Positions 9,453 to 15,775 of a DNA stretch of 15,775 nucleotides are shown here, in pieces. The notes beneath the pieces are model-generated. The model saw only the letters and a program-made list of their open reading frames with translations, had not been told where the DNA came from and made no database searches. Origin of the DNA: Fonticula alba ATCC 38817. Its lineage: Eukaryota; Protista; Nucleariida. A program made the position numbers and the translations under genes. The stretch lies in the NCBI GenBank assembly GCA_000388065.2, contig KB932204.1; one strand, written 5' to 3'. How positions within the stretch are numbered: position 1 is the first letter of the stretch; every line of letters begins with the position of its first letter.

Positions 9453-9462
9453 NNNNNNNNNN
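9453..9462. other. Assembly gap (10 N) flanked by a duplicated segment
   Basis: N run between poly-G and a second copy of the sequence starting at 9398. Confidence 1.
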
Positions 9463-9804
9463 GAGGGCGGCGGTTGATGTGTCGGCGTGCATCGATGGGC
9501 CGGGGGGGGGGGGGGGGGGGGGGGTCCTGTTCACCCCGCCTGAGGAGCGTTAACCACCATCGGCCGGCCGAGGGCCGGATGTGGCCCCGGCGCTCGGCGT
9601 TTCACCCACATCCCAGATGCCTTCGGCCGGTGCAGCCCTTCTCGGGGAAGCCCGGTGCCGGTGGCCATTCCGCCGGAGGCCCGGGAAAAGGTGGACCGTG
9701 CAGATGGGCGCTGCGTCATTCCTCCAGCCACATGACGGGGCTGTGTGCCCGGCCCGACTGCCCCCTCCGGCTGGCCGCGGGGGCGAGGTGGTGGGGGGAG
9801 GGGG

Positions 9805-9821
9805 GCGCGCGCGCGCGCGCG
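9805..9821. repeat. (GC)8 dinucleotide run
   Basis: gcgcgcgcgcgcgcgcg in the intergenic region between asparaginase and PRODH. Confidence 0.95.
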
Positions 9822-10092
9822 TCGACTTTCTCCGTCGGCCTCTCGGTCCTCCCCCCAGGTCGGCGTGGATATCTGGGCGCCGGTGTTGTCCGGCGAGTGC
9901 AACCCGGGGTGCAACCCGAACGAGGAGCGTCGCGGGGGCATTTCCTTCTGGGTGAAGTGCTCCTCCCCCCGGAGCGGTGTGCCCGCCCACCATGGCCAGG
10001 GCACCGGGTCTTGGCGCTCCCGGTGGGTGTCTGGTAGTGCAGAATCCGTCCTGGCAGAATTGAGCCAGCCCCGCGCGTCCCAGGGGGGGGGG

Positions 10093-10387
10093 NNNNNNNN
10101 NNNNNNNNNNNNNNNNNNNNNNNNNNNNNNNNNNNNNNNNNNNNNNNNNNNNNNNNNNNNNNNNNNNNNNNNNNNNNNNNNNNNNNNNNNNNNNNNNNNN
10201 NNNNNNNNNNNNNNNNNNNNNNNNNNNNNNNNNNNNNNNNNNNNNNNNNNNNNNNNNNNNNNNNNNNNNNNNNNNNNNNNNNNNNNNNNNNNNNNNNNNN
10301 NNNNNNNNNNNNNNNNNNNNNNNNNNNNNNNNNNNNNNNNNNNNNNNNNNNNNNNNNNNNNNNNNNNNNNNNNNNNNNNNNNNNNNN
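10093..10387. other. Assembly gap (295 N)
   Basis: N run bounded by G runs. Confidence 1.
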
Positions 10388-11233
10388 GGGGGATGCACCT
10401 CATGGGCGGGGATCCGCCCATTGCGGGCGAGCAGGTGCGCCCGGCGAGGCCCACCAATGGCCCCCGACCCCCGATCAGATGGGGGCGCGTGTCGCATCGC
10501 CCCCGGCCCGGTCGCGCGGGTGGATTGGGTCTAGCACCCCCAAGCTGCCAGGCCTCCAGTCGTCGATCGCGGCCAATCCAGGGCTCCCCGGGGGTGGTGT
10601 CTCCCCCCCCCCCCTCAACCCCTGCCCCCTCAGGCTGGGGAGCGCGGAACGAAGCTTGCACCGGGCGGGGGTGCCGCCCGTCGCTCCCCCCCCCCCCCCC
10701 GCCCCTGTTCCGCACGCCTTGGACTGGGAGGCTGTCCAACTACGCAAGTCAGAGGTCCTGGCTGACCAGGGCGCGGGCGACATGCCGGGGGGGGGGGAGG
10801 AAGACTGGTGTCGGCCAGGAGGATGTTGGCGCCGCCTGGACACTAGCATGTTGCCACGATCCCCCCCTCCCCGTGTGGACTCTTCAGGTACTCTGGCAGG
10901 AGCCCCGGCCCCGGCGGCGTGCTCCATCACACCTCACAGTTCCTCTCCCCCCCCCTCCTCCCTTCTGTTGCTTCCTGCCTCTCCTCACTTGTACCGACAC
11001 AGCCGTCCCCCTTTTCTTTCCCCCCCCCCCCCTCCTCGGACGGTGCGGCACATTCTTGCCCTTTCCCGCGCTCCTTCTTTCCTCGCCAGAGGCGTCCCCC
11101 TGTTCCCCCTCCCCCGCCGGCCGCTCACCCTCTCCCTCCGTCACCTCTTTGGTCCTCTGCTCTGCATCATCCGTCGCCGTGCACTTAGCGTGCCTCCTCT
11201 CCCTGCCAGGCGCTGCTTGCACAGTCACGAAGC

Positions 11234-13783
11234 ATGCACGCTGCGTTCCTCTGCCGCGCCGCTATCCCCGCCTCGCATGCGCGCCCGGCCGCCGGGCCCG
11301 CGCGCCGTCTCTTTTCCGGGCTCCCCCCGCCGAACCGGCCGGCTCCCATGAGTGTCCTGCGCCCAGCCGCCATGGCCATGGCCGGTGACCGCTGGTCGGA
11401 TTCCAGCACCTGCCCTGCCCGCCATGTGGCGACCATTGCTCCCCCCCCAAGCCTGGCTCGGCTTGGACTTCGGCACTTCCACCGCACGGCCGTCCCCCTG
11501 GCCCCGGGGCTGCCCGGGACCCCGGCCGCGGCCGCGGCCGCGACTTCTTCCACCCCAACCGCCGGCTCCGGGCCTCGATCCCTCTCTCCGGCCAGCCCGG
11601 CAACCGGGCCCTCCTCGCAGGCGGCCGGCTCGCTGGAGGAGGAGCTCCTCCGACTGAGCCAGCGCTCCGGGCTGGACTTCAACAGCCCGCGGGTGGCCTT
11701 CGCCAGCAAGACCGACCTGGAGGTCCTGCGCGGGTTCACCGTATACCGGCTGTCCTCGATCGGGTGGCTGGTGCGCGTGTCGGATCGGCTGCTGCGGCTC
11801 TCCTACCGGGTCCTGGGTGCCGGGCTGACGGAGGCCCTCCTGCGGTTGACCTTCTTCGGACAGTTTTGCGCGGGCGTCGACGCGGCCGAAACCGAGACCG
11901 TCATTCGGCGCCTGCGTGCCGCCGGTGTCGGGGCCATTCTCGACTATGCGGCCGAGGCGGATGCCGAGGCTTCGGCCGCCGTGGCCAAGGGGGCCGGCGC
12001 GGCTGGCAGCGCCAGCATCCCCGGCGACTTTGCCCCGCACCCGGATGAGGCGGGCTTCGATGCGGATGTGCAAAACTTCCTGGCTTGCATTGCGTCGGCG
12101 GCCGAGATGCAACGGTCCTCGGGCTCTTCGTGCTCCTTCACCGCGGTCAAGATGACGGCCATGGCCCGGCCGGATATCCTGCGCTCGGCGTCCGACACCC
12201 TGGTGGCCGTGCAGCGGGCCTACTCGCGGCTGGTGTTCCTGGCCCTGGGGGCCTATCCAGGGGAGCTGGAGCTTGTGTCGCCGCCTGGCATGGTGACCAC
12301 CGATGGCGGTGGCCAAGTTTCGGCCCTGGGCCCGGCCCCGGTGGCGGCCGGCGTGGCCGGCGGCTTCACCACCAGCAGCCCCCCTCGGACCCCGGTCACG
12401 GCCGAAGACTGGGCCCAGATGACCGGCACGGCGCACCTGCCGTCCGAGTGGCTGGACCGGCGTCTGCCACGGGCCGCCGTCCGGGCTGGCTGGGTGGCCG
12501 GCATGTGTCGCTGTGGCTCGGCCGTGCGTGGTGATGTGGCCGGCTGCACATGCCTGACGGCGGCCGATGTGGCGGCCGCTGTCACCCAGGCCGATCGGGT
12601 GTTCGATGCGGTGTACGCGGCCAGCGGTTTGGCCGATGTGGCCACCGCGCCAGGGGCCCCGCCGGCCGAGGAGGCCATCGACCAGCTGGCCTGGGTGGAC
12701 TACTTCGACGTCAGTGCCTCCAAGCTGGCCATGCTGTCGGATCTCTATGCCAACCTGCTGCCGCCGGGTGACGGGGCCGACCAGGCGGCCCCTGGCGGCG
12801 GGGGGCCCCTGCTCCCGGGGTTGGACATCTTTTCGGTGGCCGAGCTGGCCCGGGCCGATGCGCGCCTGCACACCGTGGCGGCGGCGGCTCGCGCGGCGCG
12901 CGTCCGTCTCCTGGTGGATGCCGAGCAGACCTACCTGCAGCCGGCCATCGACCGGTCGGTGCGCATTGCCCAGCGTGCCTTCAATGGGTGGCTCCCGGCG
13001 CCGGAGGCATCCGGCGACTTCCTGCCGGCCCAATCGCTGGATGTCACCCGGCAGCCATTCAATTCGTACTTCTCGCTGTCGAGCACGGTGAGCCTCGAGC
13101 CGGTGCCGGATGCCACCCCCCCGGGGCGTCCGCTGCCCAGTGAGTCGGTCACTCCGGGGGCTTCGCTATCTGGCCGGTACAATGAGGAAGCCCTGAGTCG
13201 GGCGGATTTGGAGCCGCGCGCCGACACCGAGGACCATCTGGCCGCGACGGCGGTGGCCCCGATGGTGGCCTCGGCCGGTGGAGCCGTCGACCCGGGGCTG
13301 GATCTGGCCCGGGCGGATGCTCCCTTTGCCACGGTCTTCAATACGTACCAATGCTACCTGACCGATGCGCAGCACCGCCTCAGTCGGGATCTGGTGCGGT
13401 CGGCGCGCGAGGCCACGGTCTTCGCGTGCAAGGTCGTCCGGGGGGCCTACCTCGAGCAGGAGTCCCGCCTGGCCGGCCACCGGGGCCAGCCGACTCCCAC
13501 CCATCCGACCATCGAGTCCACCCATCAGCACTATGATGCGGTGGTCCAGCAGCTGCTGGAAACCAAGGCCGCCCGGCGGGGGTTGGTCGCGCTGGCCGCC
13601 GGCCCCGGGGGCGGCCCGGTGCCGGATCCGGCATCCGATGCCACCCTGTTGGCCCTGCGCCGGTATCCGGAGGTGGAGTTCATGGTTGCCTCGCACAATG
13701 AGGCGTCCATCCACCGGACGGCCGACCTGATGCAGCGTCTGGGCATTTCCGGAGCGCCGAACCTGGCCGCGGGGGATGCTCAT

Positions 13784-13815
<32 letters not shown>

Positions 13816-15025
13816 AGCGGCAGCCGATGACACCAGCCCGGAGGCAGTCATGCGACGGAAGGAGCTTCTCAATGGCCCACACACCGGCGTCTACTTTGGC
13901 CAGCTTCTTGGCATGTGTGATCACATCTCCTTCACGCTCGGAGCTGAGGGGTGCGTTTTTCCCTGCCTTCTTCTTTTGCTTGGGCCTTGGCTCCTTCTTC
14001 CCCCAGTGTATGTGTGGATGTGTGTGTGTGTGTATGCCCGATGGAGGACCTCCCGGAGGGCATGCGAGAGGAGGGGGCCCAGTGCGGCGGCGGTCGGTTC
14101 GGGAGACAAGCGAGTTGCTCTTTCTGTGTGAGTGCGTGCGTGTGAGTGCGTGTGTGTGTGTGTGTGGCTGGGTAAATGCACTTTCGTGCGTGCCTGTAGA
14201 AGTGGACCCGGCCTGTTCGCTGGCATATGGGGGCTCGGGCGTTCTTTCACACCTGGAAAATACTCTCAAGTCATGGGGTGAAAGCGCGGCTGCTGTGCCG
14301 GTGGCAGGCTGTGAGTTTGTCTTGCGCCCCCCTGCCCATTTTTCCTCCCCCCCCCCCCCCCCCCCCCCCCCGCCCTGCCGTGCTGTGGATCCCTGGGGGG
14401 AGGGGGCGAGGGACGGGCATGTGGCATCACTGGTGTCGTTTGCCACACACCCACAGACACAGACACAGGCACCCACACACATACCCACAGCCACCATCCT
14501 TGGCCCTTGCCCGGCCCCCGGCCCACTCACGCGGCCCCCTATCGCCGCCGCCACCACCACCACCACCGCCACTCTCCCGGGTGGGAACCATTCTCTGGGA
14601 GGAGGTTAATTTGGCCGCCACGGGGCGCCCTGAACAGGAGACGAGGGGGAGAAGGGGGGGGGGGATGTTACCTGCCGCCAAATCCTTCTGCTGGGCCTCC
14701 TCGGTCCCTTTCTCTGTCCGGTTGATGCGCACATCGCTGCTGCCCTCAAACGACTTGTGAGCCTGCTAGGCCTCGCTCTGACCCCTTGCCAAACCATGTC
14801 ACCAAACTTGTCTCGGATTGCTGTTGTTGGTCCACGCTTTTTTTTAGCTATGCCATCTACAAGTACGTGCCCTATGGGCCCATTCGCTTGGTGCTGCCGT
14901 ACTTGATCCGCCGGGCCCAGGAGAATACCGGCATGATCGGGTCCTCCAGCGCCAAGGAGCTGCGTCTCTGGCGCTCGGAGCTCCTGAACCGCGGAGCCCG
15001 GCTTCTTGGACTGTCGCCCAAGTAG
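11234..15025 (+). CDS. PRODH: Proline dehydrogenase, mitochondrial (PRODH/PUT1 family), about 964 aa, two exons (11234-13950, 14848-15025)
   Basis: Motifs TFFGQFCAG, ILDYAAEAD, VKMTAM, LLVDAEQTYLQPAID, VFNTYQCYL, KVVRGAYLEQE, MVASHNE and VYFGQLLGMCDHISFTLG are present. A phase-2 intron 13951-14847 (GTGCGT..TTTAG) joins LGAEG|YAIYKYVPYGPIRLVLPYLIRRAQEN. The N-terminus MHAAFLCRAAIPASHARPAAGPARRLFS is Arg-rich and acid-free, like a mitochondrial presequence. An alternative ATG lies at 11348. Confidence 0.95.
13784..13825 (+). repeat. (GCG)10 GCA GCG GCA GCC coding repeat, giving a 14-Ala tract inside PRODH
   Basis: Read directly and in frame with PRODH. Confidence 0.95.
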
Positions 15026-15126
15026 ATGTGCGTGCACTTGTCTGGTGGCCGGGGCCCGGGCGAGAGCGCGTGCCAAGCCATGCGCGGCAACTCGCTCAGG
15101 CCCCTTGTGGCCCCTCCTTCCCTGTC

Positions 15127-15127
15127 G

Positions 15128-15166
<39 letters not shown>
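15127..15166 (+). repeat. (GTT)3G(CTG)10 trinucleotide repeat about 100 nt downstream of the PRODH stop
   Basis: Read directly; CTG x10 spans 15137-15166. Confidence 0.95.
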
Positions 15167-15168
<2 letters not shown>

Positions 15169-15397
15169 CCTTGTATCCTCTCTGTTCCCGCGATGCGCGG
15201 ACCTTTGCCCAAGAAAAGCTTGGGAAAGGCCCAGAGAGACATTCCTTGTCTGTCCCTCCCCCTGCCTCTCTCCGCTGCTCGCTCTCTGCGCGATGCGCCC
15301 GAGATATAATATACACATACCCCTTCAGAGAGACCGATGCACGTTGCCGACCTGCCAGGGCCCCCGCCGGGTGCGGCGACCCCGGCCGGCGCCCTAG

Positions 15398-15703
15398 TCA
15401 CCACCCGACGGCGCTGTCGTCGTTGTCGCTGCCGAAGGTGTGCGAGATCTGGCCCGGGGGGGAGGGGGGGGGGGGCGAGGGGGTTGTTCCCAAGCCCGAG
15501 AAGACGGGGCGCCCCCCAGTGATAGCATCATCGGCCTCGGAGGTCGGGATCCGGTTCGGCCCGGCCACAAAAAAGGGGCCCGGCGGGCCGCCAGCCAGAT
15601 CGCTAGACAAGGCCGATCACGCGGCGCGGCATCAGGCCCCGGTGCGTTGGTATTTGGCGCGTCTACCCACGCACACAGACTCATGGGGTGGTGTTCTGCT
15701 GGG
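15398..15703 (-). CDS. Probable last two exons (15703-15675, 15602-15398) of an unidentified gene convergent with PRODH and extending off the window
   Basis: Acceptor CACAG, donor GTGCGT at 15674 and acceptor TCTAG give an open spliced frame PSRTPPHESV|DLAGGPPGPFFVAGPNRIPTSEADDAITGGRPVFSGLG...QISHTFGSDNDDSAVGW* with GC-rich third codon positions. No recognisable domain. Confidence 0.4.
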
Positions 15704-15775
15704 CTGTGATCGAGCGCGGGTCAGCGGCATATGACCCCCCTCCATTTTACTTGCCCGACCTTTCTCTCTCCCCCC

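Noticed and set aside
9398-9522. Tandem duplication of a 35-nt sequence plus G-run on either side of the 10-N gap
   Set aside because: Near-identical copies ending in poly-G and separated by a nominal 10-N gap are the usual signature of unmerged overlapping contig ends. It is not a biological repeat or CRISPR-like array unless long reads confirm it.
11225-13033. 602-aa antisense ORF over PRODH (also 13166-14572)
   Set aside because: Antisense shadow expected from GC3-rich codon usage; no recognisable motifs.
13951-14131. PRODH ending at 14131 as in the ORF track (CVFPCLLLLLGPWLLL... hydrophobic tail)
   Set aside because: This is intron read-through; the essential YKYVPYG and YLxRRxxEN motifs are in the exon at 14848-15025.
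15545-15570. GGTTCGGCCC as a possible tRNA T-loop
   Set aside because: The T-stem does not pair and no cloverleaf can be built.

Overview
Very GC-rich, intron-containing eukaryotic genomic DNA from a draft assembly, with four N gaps that mostly sit next to poly-G/C or GA tracts. The style suggests a unicellular opisthokont such as Fonticula, but that is inference only. I can reconstruct four spliced protein-coding genes by hand. (1) SLU7 second-step splicing factor, minus strand, first three exons only. (2) A 642-aa protein with a long acidic Ser-rich N-terminus, three C2H2 fingers and a C-terminal INO80E/TFPT-like coiled coil, resembling fungal Iec1; minus strand, five exons including an 8-nt microexon. 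(3) A type I (AnsA/ASPG-like) L-asparaginase without ankyrin repeats, minus strand. (4) A mitochondrial proline dehydrogenase (PRODH/PUT1) expanded to about 964 aa by insertions, plus strand, divergent from the asparaginase. The 3' end of a fifth, convergent gene probably lies at the right edge. The most notable signals are the uniform non-canonical 5' splice-site consensus GTNCGY (+4 C in 10 of 10 reconstructed introns), the microexon, and the zinc-finger plus INO80E-like architecture. Most other long ORFs in the track are GC-driven shadow frames. No tRNA, rRNA, mobile element or CRISPR array is supportable.
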